Origin: Actinomycetota bacterium
GTDB taxonomy: Bacteria; Actinomycetota; UBA4738; HRBIN12
DNA: 64,000 nt
Reading direction: 5' to 3'
Assembly (NCBI GenBank): GCA_035512775.1
Contig: DATKDI010000001.1
Coordinates: forward strand, 3,776-67,775
Shown: positions 9,599 to 20,905 of the stretch, piece after piece
Layout of the letters: every line of letters begins with the position of its first letter
How positions within the stretch are numbered: the first letter of the stretch is position 1
Position numbers and translations under genes: made by a program
Notes under the pieces: model-generated
The model's input: only the letters and a program-made list of their open reading frames with translations
What the model was told of the DNA's origin: nothing
The model's database searches: none

Positions 9599-11413
9599 CT
9601 ACAGGTGCGGCTCGGCCTCGACGCGATCGACAACGCCGTCGGTTGCGAGCTCCCGGAGCCTCGCCCCGAACGCGGTCACCCGCTTGGGGTCGAGGGCGAG
9701 CAAGCATACCGTCCGTCCTTCGGACGGGGAGACGAGGAGGGTCGAGGGATCGAACAGGCGCAGCTCGGCCTCGAGGCCGGCCGACCCCGTGATACGGAAG
9801 ACCGCGGCGCCGACGGGAAGCCCCGCCTCACGTCGTCTCCGCGTCTCCTCGGCATGGAAGCGGTCGGGGTTCCCTCGAACCAGTGCCTGCACGATGGGGT
9901 CTCCCGGCGAGGAAGCCTGGACGATCGCCCGTCCATGCGGGCGGGCCCAGCCGATCGCCTCCATCCACGTCGTCAGGCTGCGCTCGCGCGCCGCCAGCCC
10001 GGGCCTCCGATCGGCGAGATCGACGTCGAGGATCGCCACGAGGTCGAGAGCTCCCGCCCCCAGGTCCCGGACGCCGTCCGCCCCGCCGACCAGGATCTCG
10101 TCCGGGCCGGGGAGGCGAGCGGGCTCGTCGTCGCGGAGCCGCCGGACCGGTACGGGAGCAGCCCGGCCGGCCCACGCCTCCACGTCCTCCGCGCCGCCGC
10201 GCCGGACCCCGAAGGACGTGCCCGCACAGGACCGACATCGCCCCGAGGCACCGCAGACGACGCAGGTGACTCCCCCCGCCGCGGCGCGAAGGAGCCCTCC
10301 GCACGACGCGCAGGCCGCCGGCTCGCCACACGATCTGCAGACCTGGGCGACCCCATAACCCGGAAGCGGCGAGAACACGAACCCGCGGCGGGTGGTCGCG
10401 AGCGCCTTGACGAGTCTCGGGGCACGCCCGGCGGGTCCCGGCCGAACGACCTCGACGGGGGGCCAACGCCGCGTGGCGGGCGAGACCGTCGGCAATCCCA
10501 GCGCCGACGCCTCCGCCGACGGGCACGCGGAGGTGAGGACACAAACGGCTCCCTCGAGGCGAGACCGGGTGAGCGCGACGTCTCGGCCGTGGTAGTAAGG
10601 GGCACGGTCCTCCCGGTGCGCGGGATGACTCTCCCTCGCGAGGTAGATCAAGCCCAACCCATCCAGCGGCGCGAACACCGTCGGACGCGTGCCGATCACC
10701 AGGTCGTATCGGCCCGCGCCGATCTCGAGCCAGAGTCGGTAGCGGGAGCGCTTCCCCCCGCCGAGGAACAGCGCCGCGCGGTCACCGAAGGTGTCGGCGA
10801 GCGCGCGCGCCGTCGCCGGCACCGGCATCGCTTCCGGCACGATCACGATCGCGCGGCGTCCGCCCCCGAGGCAAGCGGTCACCGCGTCGACGGCGAGGGA
10901 CTGCTCGTCATCCGGAGCCGGGCGGGCCACGAACGCACCATGCCCGCCACCCAGCGCTTCGAGCGCTCGGTCCCCGCCGCGATACCCGGCGAGCACGAAC
11001 CCGGCCGACGGACCTCCCGCTTCGTTCGTCGTGCCGGCGTCGGGCAGATCCCTCTCCACCTCCTCGGACGCCACCCGAGGAGGCACCGCACGTGCGATCA
11101 CGGCGGCGAGCGGCGCCACGTACCTCTCGCTCACCCAGCGGAAGAGCGCGAGCTGGCGCTCGTCGAAGAATCGGACCGGCGAGACGACCTTCTTGACGGC
11201 CAGCATCCGCGTCGGTAGGTCTTCGCTCGGTCCGAGGACCCAGCCGCGCGTCGCGCGCCCGTGGAACGGCACCTGGACGAGCGAGCCCACGCCAGCACCC
11301 ATCTCGGCGGGGAGGTCGTAGGTGAACGGTCGGTCGAGCGACAGCAGCGGCCGGTCGATGCAGACGTCGACCGGGCCCGACAGGCCCTCAGCCGACGAGC
11401 CGGCGGAGGTCAT
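9599..11413 (-). CDS. priA: primosomal protein N' (PriA) homolog with degenerate Walker A/B motifs
   Basis: PriA architecture including Cys-rich zinc region [15 protein letters not shown]...[13 protein letters not shown]; sits between metK and def; no GxxxxGK[ST] motif (has LGGGKRS). Confidence 0.75.
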   Translation of the reverse strand: MTSAGSSAEGLSGPVDVCIDRPLLSLDRPFTYDLPAEMGAGVGSLVQVPFHGRATRGWVLGPSEDLPTRMLAVKKVVSPVRFFDERQLALFRWVSERYVAPLAAVIARAVPPRVASEEVERDLPDAGTTNEAGGPSAGFVLAGYRGGDRALEALGGGHGAFVARPAPDDEQSLAVDAVTACLGGGRRAIVIVPEAMPVPATARALADTFGDRAALFLGGGKRSRYRLWLEIGAGRYDLVIGTRPTVFAPLDGLGLIYLARESHPAHREDRAPYYHGRDVALTRSRLEGAVCVLTSACPSAEASALGLPTVSPATRRWPPVEVVRPGPAGRAPRLVKALATTRRGFVFSPLPGYGVAQVCRSCGEPAACASCGGLLRAAAGGVTCVVCGASGRCRSCAGTSFGVRRGGAEDVEAWAGRAAPVPVRRLRDDEPARLPGPDEILVGGADGVRDLGAGALDLVAILDVDLADRRPGLAARERSLTTWMEAIGWARPHGRAIVQASSPGDPIVQALVRGNPDRFHAEETRRRREAGLPVGAAVFRITGSAGLEAELRLFDPSTLLVSPSEGRTVCLLALDPKRVTAFGARLRELATDGVVDRVEAEPHL

Positions 11414-12581
11414 CGGCGCGTTCCGTCCCCTCCCAGGGGAACTCTTTGCGCCCGAAGTGTCCGTAGGCAGCGGTCTCCGCGTAGATGGGCCGGGAGAGAT
11501 CGAGGTCCCGGATGATCGCCGCCGGCCGGAAGTCGAACACCTCGCGGACGGCGGCGAGGATCGCGTCGGGATCCGCGTGCTCGGTCCCGAACGTGTCGAG
11601 GTTCATGCTCGTGGGATGCGCCGTGCCGATCGCGTACGCGACCTGGAGCTGTGCGCGGTCGGCGAGGCCGGCGGCGACGATGTTCTTGGTGGCGTACCGG
11701 GCCATGTACGCGGCCGACCGGTCCACCTTGGTGGGATCCTTGCCGCTGAACGCGCCGCCGCCGTGCGGCGCCATCCCACCGTAGCTGTCGACGATGATCT
11801 TTCGACCGGTGAGTCCCGTGTCTGCCTTGGGCCCGCCGATCTCGAACCGGCCGGTGGGATTGACCATCGGCGGCTTCATCCCGTTCGCGTCGATCTCGGG
11901 GAACTCCCGGAGCACCGGGTCGATCACCTCCGCGATGATGTCGGGCCTGAGCAGCGTCTCGACGTCGACCTCCTCGCGGTGCTGGGCGGAGATCAGGACG
12001 GAGTCGACACGCACAGGTTTCCCGTCCGCGTACTCGATGGAGACCTGGCTCTTGCCGTCGGGGCGGAGATACGGAACGACGCCCGCCTTGCGGACGTCGG
12101 CGAGGCGCCGGGATAGCCGGTGCGCCATCGCGATCGGGAGCGGCATCAGCTCTTCGGTCTCGCGGCACGCGAATCCGAACATCATCCCCTGGTCGCCCGC
12201 GCCGAGGATGTCGAGCGCGTCGCCCGAGTGACCTTCGCGATGCTCGTACGAATCCTCGACCCCGCGCGCGATGTCGGGTGACTGTTCCTGGATCGCGGTC
12301 ATGACGCCGCACGTCTCGCCATCCAGACCGAACTTCGCGTTGGTGTAGCCGACGTCCGTGACAGTCGTGCGCACGACCGACGGGATGTCCACCCACCCTT
12401 CCGTCGTGATCTCGCCGGAGACGATCACGAGGCCGGTCGTGACCAGCGTTTCGCAGGCCACGCGGGAGTTGGGGTCCTCACGCAGCATCGCGTCCAAGAT
12501 CGAGTCCGAGATCCGGTCGGCCAGCTTGTCCGGATGTCCCTCGGTAACGGACTCGGATGAGAAGAGGTAGGACCCGCTCAT
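11388..12581 (-). CDS. metK: S-adenosylmethionine synthetase
   Basis: [20 protein letters not shown]...[12 protein letters not shown]...[19 protein letters not shown] canonical MAT motifs. Confidence 0.95.
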   Translation of the reverse strand: MSGSYLFSSESVTEGHPDKLADRISDSILDAMLREDPNSRVACETLVTTGLVIVSGEITTEGWVDIPSVVRTTVTDVGYTNAKFGLDGETCGVMTAIQEQSPDIARGVEDSYEHREGHSGDALDILGAGDQGMMFGFACRETEELMPLPIAMAHRLSRRLADVRKAGVVPYLRPDGKSQVSIEYADGKPVRVDSVLISAQHREEVDVETLLRPDIIAEVIDPVLREFPEIDANGMKPPMVNPTGRFEIGGPKADTGLTGRKIIVDSYGGMAPHGGGAFSGKDPTKVDRSAAYMARYATKNIVAAGLADRAQLQVAYAIGTAHPTSMNLDTFGTEHADPDAILAAVREVFDFRPAAIIRDLDLSRPIYAETAAYGHFGRKEFPWEGTERADDLRRLVG

Positions 12582-12593
12582 GCGGGCGGGAGT

Positions 12594-13787
12594 CTAGCCG
12601 CCGGGTCCGAGGCTCGTCGCACCGGGACCGAGCAGACCCGCCACCCGATCCATCACGGCGGCGGCGAGCTCGCGCTTGGTCCACCGGCGGAGAGGCTCGT
12701 CCTCGCCGCCTGTCGCCAGCAGCATGGCCTCATCGGTGTCCGCGCCGAACCCCGTATCCGGGCGCCCGACGAGGTTGACCACGACGAGGTCGAGATGCTT
12801 GGACGTGAGCTTCTGGCGCCCGGCAACTTCGAGGTCTTCGGTCTCGGCCGCGAACCCCACGAGCACCTGGTCTCCCCGCCGCTCACCCAGCTCCGCCAGG
12901 ATGTCCGGCGTCGGCTCGAGGAGCAACTCGGGAACTCCCGCGTCCTTCTTCAGCTTCGCATCGGCGATCGCCTTCGGACGGAAGTCGGCGACCGCCGCGG
13001 CCATCACGACCGCGTCCGCGTCGTCGAAGCGCGCGAGGACCGCATCGCGCATCTCCTCCGTGGTCTGGACGGGCACGACCTCGACGCCCGGCGGCACGAC
13101 CGCGCCGGGACCGAGGACCACGGTCACAGACGCACCACGACCGAGCGCCTCGGCCGCGAGCGCGGCCCCCATCTTGCCGGTCGAACGGTTGCCGACGAAG
13201 CGGACCGGGTCGATCGGCTCGTGGGTCGGGCCGGACGTGAGCAACAGCGTGTGCCCGGCCAGGTCTTGGGGTGCCAGTGCACCTCGCACCGCGGCGACGA
13301 CGTCCTCTGGTTCCTCGAGTCTGCCGATCCCTTCGTCTCCGTGCGCGAGCGCACCGATGGCCGGGCCGACGAACGTGACGCCACGATCCCGGAGGATCTC
13401 GACGTTCGCCTGCGTCGCGGGGTGTTCCCACATCCCCGAGTGCATCGCGGGCGCGATCACCAACGGACACGTGGCCTCGAGCAACGTGGCCGAGAGCAGG
13501 TCGTCGGCGTGTCCGTGTGCGAGCTTGGCCAGGACGTTGGCGGTCGCAGGCACCACGACCGCGACGTCGGCTTCCCGCGCGAGTCGCACGTGCAGCACCT
13601 CGCCCGGCCGTTCCCAAAGGGATGTGTGCGCCGGCGCTCCCGTGAGCGTCGAGAACGTGTCCGGGCCGATGAACCGAGTGGCGTTCTCCGTCAGTACGAC
13701 GGTCACGTCCGCGCCGGCGGCCTCGAGGAGGCGGGCGACGAGGGCGGCCTTGTACGCGGCGATCCCACCGGAAACTCCGAGCAACAC
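12594..13787 (-). CDS. coaBC: bifunctional phosphopantothenoylcysteine decarboxylase / phosphopantothenate-cysteine ligase
   Basis: flavoprotein N-domain RVLLGVSGGIAAYKA and CoaB C-domain; start moved to GTG (VLLGVSGG) because the track ORF runs through rpoZ. Confidence 0.85.
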   Translation of the reverse strand: MLLGVSGGIAAYKAALVARLLEAAGADVTVVLTENATRFIGPDTFSTLTGAPAHTSLWERPGEVLHVRLAREADVAVVVPATANVLAKLAHGHADDLLSATLLEATCPLVIAPAMHSGMWEHPATQANVEILRDRGVTFVGPAIGALAHGDEGIGRLEEPEDVVAAVRGALAPQDLAGHTLLLTSGPTHEPIDPVRFVGNRSTGKMGAALAAEALGRGASVTVVLGPGAVVPPGVEVVPVQTTEEMRDAVLARFDDADAVVMAAAVADFRPKAIADAKLKKDAGVPELLLEPTPDILAELGERRGDQVLVGFAAETEDLEVAGRQKLTSKHLDLVVVNLVGRPDTGFGADTDEAMLLATGGEDEPLRRWTKRELAAAVMDRVAGLLGPGATSLGPGG

Positions 13788-13809
13788 CCGTCGCCCGGTG
13801 AGCGGGTCG

Positions 13810-14055
13810 CTACTCGGCTTCGGGCTCCTCGGGTCGCTCGTAGTCGATCTTCCCTTCGGCGATCTCCTGGAGGGCGATCGAGAGCGGCTTGTTCGAGAAG
13901 CCGGTTTCCACCAGGGGCGGCACGAACTCGCCACGGCCCTCGCCGAGTTGGTTGTAGTACGAGTTGATCTCGCGCGCGCGCTTGGCAGCAAGTATCACCA
14001 GCGAGTACTTCGAATCCACGGCGGCGAGCAGGTCGTCGATCTTGGGCTCGATCAC
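13810..14055 (-). CDS. rpoZ: DNA-directed RNA polymerase subunit omega
   Basis: 81 aa; [17 protein letters not shown] omega signature; gmk-rpoZ-coaBC context. Confidence 0.9.
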   Translation of the reverse strand: MIEPKIDDLLAAVDSKYSLVILAAKRAREINSYYNQLGEGRGEFVPPLVETGFSNKPLSIALQEIAEGKIDYERPEEPEAE

Positions 14056-14070
14056 AGAAGAGGCCTTTCC

Positions 14071-14706
14071 CTAGGAAGGGGAGCGGGATGCCTCGATGAT
14101 AGCAGCGACCTGCGCAGATGCTCGTTTGAGGTCGTCGTTGACGACCACGTGGTCGAACCAGCCCCGCTGCTCCAACTCCCATGCCGCGGTCTCCAGCCGG
14201 AGACGGATCCGCTCCTCCGTCTCGGTGCCTCGCCCGCGGAGACGGCGCTCGAGCTCCTCCATCGACGGCGGCTCGATGTAGATCAGGACCGATCCGGGAA
14301 CCCGCTCCCGGACCTGGGACGCGCCGACCACGTCGATCTCCAGGACCACGTCTCGGCCGGCGGCCAGCCGGTCCTCGACGAAGCCACGGGGGGTTCCCGA
14401 TCGATGCCCCACGATCTCCGCCCATTCCAGGAGCTCGCCAGCGCGGATCATCCGCTCGAATGCGTCGTCGTCGATGAAGAAGTAGTCGACCCCGTCGACC
14501 TCCCCCGGCCGAGGAGCGCGCGTGGTTACCGAGACCGACAGCGAGAGTCCCTCCGGATCGCGGGTGACCAGCTCCCGAACGATGCTCCCCTTGCCCACCC
14601 CGGAGGGACCCGCGAGGACGAAGAGCTTCCCCGTGCGGATGACCGGCTTACTTCTTGAATCGGTCGAGGAGCTGCGCGCGCTGTTTCGCACCCAGTCCCC
14701 GAACAC
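14071..14706 (-). CDS. gmk: guanylate kinase
   Basis: P-loop GPSGVGKGS and guanylate kinase core; N-terminal start uncertain (GTG at 14706 or 14691; overlaps the mihF 3' end). Confidence 0.85.
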   Translation of the reverse strand: MFGDWVRNSARSSSTDSRSKPVIRTGKLFVLAGPSGVGKGSIVRELVTRDPEGLSLSVSVTTRAPRPGEVDGVDYFFIDDDAFERMIRAGELLEWAEIVGHRSGTPRGFVEDRLAAGRDVVLEIDVVGASQVRERVPGSVLIYIEPPSMEELERRLRGRGTETEERIRLRLETAAWELEQRGWFDHVVVNDDLKRASAQVAAIIEASRSPS

Positions 14707-14965
14707 GGCGGCTGGCAGAGATGTCGAGCTCTTCCATCAGCTTCTGCGCCCGAACCTTGCCGACACCCGGGAGCGACTCGAGGACCGCCGACACCTTCAT
14801 CTTCCCGACGGTGTCCTCCGTCGACCGCATCAACACGTCACCCAACGTCCGCTTCCCGGACTTGAGCTCTCCTTTGAGCTCGGCGCGCTTCTTCCGCGCC
14901 TCCGCAGCCTTCGCGAGGGCCTGCGCGCGCTGTTCCGGGGTGAGGATCGGGAGTGCCATGCCCAT
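14648..14965 (-). CDS. mihF: actinobacterial integration host factor MihF
   Basis: LTPEQRAQALAKAAEARKKRAEL...KVSAVLESLPGVGKVRAQKLMEEL matches the mIHF family; sits between pyrF and gmk as in other actinobacteria. Confidence 0.8.
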   Translation of the reverse strand: MGMALPILTPEQRAQALAKAAEARKKRAELKGELKSGKRTLGDVLMRSTEDTVGKMKVSAVLESLPGVGKVRAQKLMEELDISASRRVRGLGAKQRAQLLDRFKK

Positions 14966-15071
14966 GCTCCTTCTGCTCGGTGAGGCGTGAGGGCGCGAGT
15001 ATACGCACGGCTCGCGGCGGCGTGACAAGCCGCGCTATCGCGTGTGGCCTGCGCTTTCGTCGATCGAGACG

Positions 15072-15755
15072 TCAGCGAAGATCGCGAAGGATCCCTCGCG
15101 CGACACCGACCGGGTCGGCAGCTTCGGTGAGCGGACGACCGATCACCAAGTAGTCGGCGCCCTTCTCGATCGCTTCGACAGGAGTCAGCACCCGCACCTG
15201 GTCGTGTCCGTTGGATCCGGCCGGACGGATCCCGGGAACGATGAGACAGAACTCCTCGCCGCACGCCGCTCGAACGTCCTCGACGTCCTCGCCGGAGACG
15301 ACGACGCCGTCCAGACCCGCCGTCTTCGCTTCGAACGCGAGCGAAGCGGGGCTGGCGAGCCCCTCCCCTGCGTGACTGGATAGCACCGTGACGGCCACCA
15401 CGAGTGGCGGGTCCACGCCGGCCGCCGACGCGCCACGGTCCGCCCCGCTGCGCGCGGCCCGCATCATCGCCTCGCCTCCCAACGCGTGCACGTTGAGCAT
15501 CGCGATCCCGAGGCGGGCGACGTTCGCGGCGGCTCGCTCCACGGTGTTCGGGATGTCGTGGAGCTTGCAGTCCACGAACACAGGTCCGTGCGCCGCGATA
15601 CCGCGTACCGCCTCGGGGCCGACACCCCATGCGAGCTCGAGGCCGACCTTCAGCATGCCCACGTGGGGCGAAAGGAGCGCCGCCAGGCGTTCGGCCTCCT
15701 CGAGCGTGGAGACGTCGAGGGCCGCGACGAGCGGATCAGCGGGGCGCGGGATCAC
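15072..15755 (-). CDS. pyrF: orotidine 5'-phosphate decarboxylase (type 2)
   Basis: LVAALDVST...GMLKVGLEL...VFVDCKLHDIPNTV; GTG start at 15755 forms a GTGA overlap with the pyrD stop. Confidence 0.85.
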   Translation of the reverse strand: MIPRPADPLVAALDVSTLEEAERLAALLSPHVGMLKVGLELAWGVGPEAVRGIAAHGPVFVDCKLHDIPNTVERAAANVARLGIAMLNVHALGGEAMMRAARSGADRGASAAGVDPPLVVAVTVLSSHAGEGLASPASLAFEAKTAGLDGVVVSGEDVEDVRAACGEEFCLIVPGIRPAGSNGHDQVRVLTPVEAIEKGADYLVIGRPLTEAADPVGVARGILRDLR

Positions 15756-16711
15756 GGCTCGTCGGCCGTCCCGAACCCCGCGGGAACCCGCAGGCGCGCC
15801 CGCAGGTCCCGAGGTGACTCGAGGCCCTTCGCCTTGAGATAGCCCGCGATCCCCCTCGCGACGTCGACCGGCGACGCCGGATCGACGAGCACGGCGGTGC
15901 CCATCTGGACGGCCGAGGCGCCGGCGAGCAGCATCTCCACCGCGTCCTCGGCGCTCCGGACCCCGCCCACCGCGATGATCGGCGCCTCGGGGACGGCACG
16001 CGCCACCTCGAACACGGCTCGGAGCGTGAGCGGCTTCAGGGCGGGCCCGGACATCCATCCCGTGACGGCGCCGAGCGCGGGGCGGAGCGTCGCCGACCGT
16101 ACGCCGAGCGCCGGCGGCGGACCGCCGATCGTCAGGCCGTGCGCCCCCGCTCGCACGGCCGCCTGGGCGAGCTCCGGCAGGTCCGACGCCGACATCGGGA
16201 GCTTCGCGAAGACCGGTACCAGCGACATCCGCGCCACCGCGCCCACGATCTCGCCGGTGCGGTCAACGTGCGCCCCCAGTACGTCACGCCGAAGCTCTTC
16301 GTCCGGTCCGGACAGGTGGAGCTCGATCGCCACGACCTCCGGCCGCGTCTGCAGCGCCCCGATCAGCCGGACGTATTCCTCCAGGGATCCGCCGGCGATC
16401 GACACGATCACCGGCGCCCCTCCTCTCGCGAGGCGCGGCAGCTCCGCGTCCAAGAACACGTGGATCCCGGGGTTCTGGAGTCCCGTGGTCCACACCGTTC
16501 CGGACGGCGTCTCGGCGATCCGCGGAGGCGGGGATCCCTTCCGCGCTTCCAGCGTGATGCTGCGGGTCACCAAGCCGCCCACCTTGCGGAGGTCGACCAG
16601 CCCACTCAGTTCTCGACCTGTGCCTGCGCATCCGGAGGCGACCATCACGGGGGTGGGCAGTACGAGGCCGGCCCCGAGATCGACCGCGAGCGTGCGCTTC
16701 GCGGGGCTCAT
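15752..16711 (-). CDS. pyrD: dihydroorotate dehydrogenase (class 1B) catalytic subunit
   Basis: LAVDLGAGLVLPTPVMVASGCAGTG...IAVGGV...VQMGTA class 1 DHODH; paired with pyrK. Confidence 0.85.
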   Translation of the reverse strand: MSPAKRTLAVDLGAGLVLPTPVMVASGCAGTGRELSGLVDLRKVGGLVTRSITLEARKGSPPPRIAETPSGTVWTTGLQNPGIHVFLDAELPRLARGGAPVIVSIAGGSLEEYVRLIGALQTRPEVVAIELHLSGPDEELRRDVLGAHVDRTGEIVGAVARMSLVPVFAKLPMSASDLPELAQAAVRAGAHGLTIGGPPPALGVRSATLRPALGAVTGWMSGPALKPLTLRAVFEVARAVPEAPIIAVGGVRSAEDAVEMLLAGASAVQMGTAVLVDPASPVDVARGIAGYLKAKGLESPRDLRARLRVPAGFGTADEP

Positions 16712-16724
16712 GTCCTTCGCTCGC

Positions 16725-17597
16725 TCATCCAGGCCACGCTCGAACCACCGGGAGGCCTTCGGGCGGGGTGGGCAGCATCGTGGGTCGCTCACCGAGCCAC
16801 CGGTCCCAGAGCACGCGGGCCGGGTTGAAGACCGGACCGTCCATGCAGGTGCGGAGGTTGTCGTAGCCACTCCCGTCCTTGCGCGCCACCGGCACCACGC
16901 ACGTCTGACAGAGGCCGTAGCCGCATCCCATCCGTTCCTCGAGCGCCATCTGCGCCGGCAGCCCTCGCTCCTTGCAGAAGGCGGCGATGCGCTCCAATGT
17001 TCGCGCGGGGCCTGCCGCGTACACGACCTGTGCCTTGCTCCGCTCGGCGGCCTCCGCGAGGACATCCATCACCCCGCCACGATCACCGAGGGTCCCGTCC
17101 GCCGTGACGATCGCGACGGTCTGCGACAGCCGTTTCGCATCGATCGGCTTCAGCACGCGCTCGAGCGTCTCGGCACCGACGACCATGTCGACCCGCTTGC
17201 CGGCGGCCACGAGCTCCTGGGCGAGGAAGTACAGGGTCGCGGCCCCGTGGCGCTCCGCCACGAGGAGGCAGTTCGACAAGCGCCGCGGATGGGAGAACCC
17301 CTTGCCCAGAGGGCCGATCAGATCGAGGAAAGAGTGAGCGCGGGTGGACGCGAGCCACGAGGTCCCCGGCCCCGCCGGGTCGATCACGAACTCCAGCGTG
17401 CCCGCCCAGCCACCCCGGCGAGACGCGTCGTGGATCGCGAGATGGCGTCGGAGCAGGAACTCCCGCCCTTCCGGCATCTGGACGGCGACGAACTGTCCGG
17501 GCCTCGCCTTCTCCGCGACCTCGGGCGCCACGACCGTGAGCTGGTGATATGCCCCGAGCTTGCGCGTCGAGAGCACCTCGGCGCGGACGCGCTTCAT
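16725..17597 (-). CDS. pyrK: dihydroorotate dehydrogenase electron-transfer subunit
   Basis: ferredoxin-NADP reductase-like fold with C-terminal 2Fe-2S cysteines [13 protein letters not shown]; 4-nt overlap with carB. Confidence 0.85.
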   Translation of the reverse strand: MKRVRAEVLSTRKLGAYHQLTVVAPEVAEKARPGQFVAVQMPEGREFLLRRHLAIHDASRRGGWAGTLEFVIDPAGPGTSWLASTRAHSFLDLIGPLGKGFSHPRRLSNCLLVAERHGAATLYFLAQELVAAGKRVDMVVGAETLERVLKPIDAKRLSQTVAIVTADGTLGDRGGVMDVLAEAAERSKAQVVYAAGPARTLERIAAFCKERGLPAQMALEERMGCGYGLCQTCVVPVARKDGSGYDNLRTCMDGPVFNPARVLWDRWLGERPTMLPTPPEGLPVVRAWPG

Positions 17598-20500
17598 GCC
17601 GCCCCGGTTCCACGCGCGCGGGCGCGGTCCGCCTCGAACCCGAGTCGCTCCTGAACCGGCCGCGCCCGCGCGCCGGCGTGGTGCTCCTGGATCGACTTGG
17701 GCTCGGTCGTGCCCGCGAGCAGGGCTTCGATCCCGCGGACGGCCGCGAACGCGCCCGGCATCGTGGTGAGACAGGGAACGCCCGCCGCCGCCGCCGCCGT
17801 TCGGATGTGGTAGCCGTCGGTCCTCGGGCCCCGCCCGAACGGCGTGTTGATCACGAGGTCGACCCGGCCCGCGCGGATCATCTCGGCCACGTTGTCCGCG
17901 CTCTCTGGGGCCTCACTCATCTTCGCCACCACCTCGACCGGGATACCCGCCCGTCGGAGCACGCCGGCGGTCCCCGTCGTCGCCAACAAGCCGAAGCCGA
18001 GGTCGGCGAGGCGCTTCGCGGGGAACACGATCGCGCGCTTGTCCCGGTTGGCCACGCTCACGAAGACGGTCCCGGATGTCGGGAGCGCATGCCCCGCCGC
18101 CACCATCGCCTTGGCGAGTGCCGCACCCGGGTCCGCGTCGATCCCCATCACCTCTCCGGTCGAGCGCATCTCCGGCCCCAGCACCGTGTCGACTCCCGGG
18201 AACCTGCCGAACGGAAGGACCGCCGCCTTGACGGCGGTGAACGGGAGACCGCGGTAGTGCCCTGCATCCGCCGGGATGACTCCCTCGGATTCCAGCTCGG
18301 CGAGCATCCTCCCGGCGAGCACCAGCGTGGCGACGCGAGCGAGCGAGACACCGATCACCTTGGACACGAACGGCACGGTACGCGACGCGCGAGGATTCGC
18401 CTCGAGCACCCAGATCTTCTCGTCCTTGACCGCGAGCTGCAGGTTCAGGAGGCCCACGACACCGATCCGGCGCGCCAGCCGGCGGGCGATGTCCTCGATC
18501 CGGTCCAGCTCCTCGTCGGACAGCGTCGCCGGTGGGATCTGGCACGAGGAATCGCCGGAATGCACTCCGGCTTCCTCGATGTGCTCCATCACCGCGCCGA
18601 TGAAGACGTCGACGCCGTCGCAGACTGCGTCGACGTCGACCTCGATCGCCCCCTCGAGGAAGCGGTCGATCAGGACCGGGTGTTCGCGGGATGCTGCGGC
18701 CGCCGACCGGACGAACGTTTCGAGCTCGTCGTCGCCGTAGACGATCTCCATCGCGCGCCCCCCGAGGACGTAGGAAGGTCTGACGATGACCGGATAGCCG
18801 ATCCGGCGCGCGATGACGCGAGCTTCCTCGATCGTTCGCGCCTCCCCGTGCGGGGGGGCGGGGATCTCCATCTCCTGGAGGAGCTCCGCGAACCGTCCGC
18901 GATCCTCCGCGAGGTCGATCGCGTCCGGCGACGTCCCCAGGATCGTGAACCCGGCACCCTGGAGGATCCGCGCCAGTTCGAGCGGCGTCTGGCCGCCGAA
19001 CTGCGCGATCACCCCGACGGGTCGCTCCGCTCGGCAGACGGCGAGGACGTCCTCGGCGGTGAGGGGCTCGAAATAGAGCCGGCTCGACGTGTCGTAGTCC
19101 GTGGAGACGGTCTCGGGGTTCGAGTTGATCATCACCGACTCGAAGCCGGCATCCTCCAGCGCGAACGCGGCGTGCACGCAGACGTAGTCGAACTCGATCC
19201 CCTGCCCGATGCGGTTGGGCCCCGCCCCCAGGATCACGACGCGAGGCCGCGTGGCCTCCGTGACCTCGGACTCCTCTTCATAGGTCGAGTAGTGGTACGG
19301 GGTCTGGGCGGGGAACTCGCCGCCGCACGTGTCCACGGACTTGAACACGGGCAGGAGCGCGAGCTCCTCCCGCCGTGCCCGTACGTCCGTTTCCGTCGAC
19401 CCCGTTTCGAACGCGATCCGTGCGTCCGACAGGCCGGCGCGCTTCGCGTCGAGGAAGCGATCGCGCTCGAGCGCATCCAGCGCCGTCCCACGGAGGTCCT
19501 CGGCACGCTCCCACACCTGGGACATCTGGTCGACGAACCACGGGTCGACCGACGATGCCGCGGCGATCTCGTCCACGCCGTGACCCGCATCGAGCGCCCG
19601 CTCGATCAGATGGAACCGGCCCTCGCTCCCTTCGCGAAGTGCGGTCAGCGCGTCGACGTTGCCTTCGACGTACGCGGCGCCGAGATCCGAGCCGATCTTC
19701 TCGAGGCCGCGCCACGCCTTCCCGAGGGCTTCCTTGAAGGTCCGCCCGATCGCCATCACCTCGCCCACCGACTTCATCGTCGACGTGAGGACCGGATCGG
19801 CCTCGGGGAACTTCTCGAACGCGAATCGCGGGACCTTGACCACCACGTAATCGAGCGTCGGCTCGAACGAGGCAGGTGTGGCGCCGGTGATGTCGTTGCG
19901 GATCTCGTCCAGTCGGAAGCCCACCGCCAGGAGCGCCGCGATCTTCGCGATGGGGAACCCGGTGGCCTTCGAGGCGAGTGCGGACGAGCGGCTCACACGC
20001 GGGTTCATCTCGATCAGCACACGACGCCCGGTGACGGGATCCACCGCGAACTGCACGTTGGAGCCCCCCGTCTCGACACCGATCGCTCGCAAGCACGCAA
20101 GGGCGTCGTCACGCATCCCCTGGTATTCGCGGTCCGTCAGGGTCTGCTGCGGAGCGACCGTGACGGAGTCCCCGGTGTGGACCCCCATGGGATCGATGTT
20201 CTCGATCGAGCAGACGACCACCGCGTTGTCGGCGTGGTCGCGCATCACCTCGAGCTCGAACTCCTTCCAGCCCGCGATCGACTCTTCGACGAGGATCTCC
20301 GAGATGGGACTCGCGGCAAGCGACCGTCTCGCAAGGACGCTGAGCTCCTCCCGGGACGCCGCGAACCCGCTCCCTCCCCCGCCGAGGGTGAAGGACGGCC
20401 TGACGATCACCGGGAATCCCAGCTCGTCTCCGAGGGCCAGCGCGTCCTGGAGGGCATGTGCGATCCCGGCGCGCGGCACGTCCAGACCCGCCTTCGCCAT

Positions 20501-20905
20501 CGTCTCCTTGAATCGGCTGCGGTCCTCCGCGCGGTGGATCGTCTCCAGGCTGGCCCCGATCAGCTCGACGCCGAGTCGCTCGAGGTCGCCCGATTCCGCG
20601 AGCGCGACGCTCACGTTCAATCCGGTCTGACCCCCGATCGTCGGCAGCAACGCGTCGGGTCGTTCCCGTTCGATCACCGCGAGCACCGACTCCGGCGTGA
20701 GGGGCTCGATGTACGTCCGGTCGGCGAACTCGGGGTCGGTCATGATCGTGGCGGGGTTGGAGTTGACGAGCGCGACGCGATACCCCTCCTGGCGAAGGAC
20801 CCGGCATGCCTGCGTGCCGGAGTAGTCGAACTCGCACGCCTGGCCGATCACGATCGGGCCCGATCCGATCACCAGGATCGACGACAGATCCGTGCGTTTC
20901 GGCAT
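17594..20905 (-). CDS. carB: carbamoyl-phosphate synthase large subunit
   Basis: 1103 aa; duplicated ATP-grasp halves and MGS-like C-domain; [33 protein letters not shown]. Confidence 0.95.
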   Translation of the reverse strand: MPKRTDLSSILVIGSGPIVIGQACEFDYSGTQACRVLRQEGYRVALVNSNPATIMTDPEFADRTYIEPLTPESVLAVIERERPDALLPTIGGQTGLNVSVALAESGDLERLGVELIGASLETIHRAEDRSRFKETMAKAGLDVPRAGIAHALQDALALGDELGFPVIVRPSFTLGGGGSGFAASREELSVLARRSLAASPISEILVEESIAGWKEFELEVMRDHADNAVVVCSIENIDPMGVHTGDSVTVAPQQTLTDREYQGMRDDALACLRAIGVETGGSNVQFAVDPVTGRRVLIEMNPRVSRSSALASKATGFPIAKIAALLAVGFRLDEIRNDITGATPASFEPTLDYVVVKVPRFAFEKFPEADPVLTSTMKSVGEVMAIGRTFKEALGKAWRGLEKIGSDLGAAYVEGNVDALTALREGSEGRFHLIERALDAGHGVDEIAAASSVDPWFVDQMSQVWERAEDLRGTALDALERDRFLDAKRAGLSDARIAFETGSTETDVRARREELALLPVFKSVDTCGGEFPAQTPYHYSTYEEESEVTEATRPRVVILGAGPNRIGQGIEFDYVCVHAAFALEDAGFESVMINSNPETVSTDYDTSSRLYFEPLTAEDVLAVCRAERPVGVIAQFGGQTPLELARILQGAGFTILGTSPDAIDLAEDRGRFAELLQEMEIPAPPHGEARTIEEARVIARRIGYPVIVRPSYVLGGRAMEIVYGDDELETFVRSAAAASREHPVLIDRFLEGAIEVDVDAVCDGVDVFIGAVMEHIEEAGVHSGDSSCQIPPATLSDEELDRIEDIARRLARRIGVVGLLNLQLAVKDEKIWVLEANPRASRTVPFVSKVIGVSLARVATLVLAGRMLAELESEGVIPADAGHYRGLPFTAVKAAVLPFGRFPGVDTVLGPEMRSTGEVMGIDADPGAALAKAMVAAGHALPTSGTVFVSVANRDKRAIVFPAKRLADLGFGLLATTGTAGVLRRAGIPVEVVAKMSEAPESADNVAEMIRAGRVDLVINTPFGRGPRTDGYHIRTAAAAAGVPCLTTMPGAFAAVRGIEALLAGTTEPKSIQEHHAGARARPVQERLGFEADRARARGTGAA

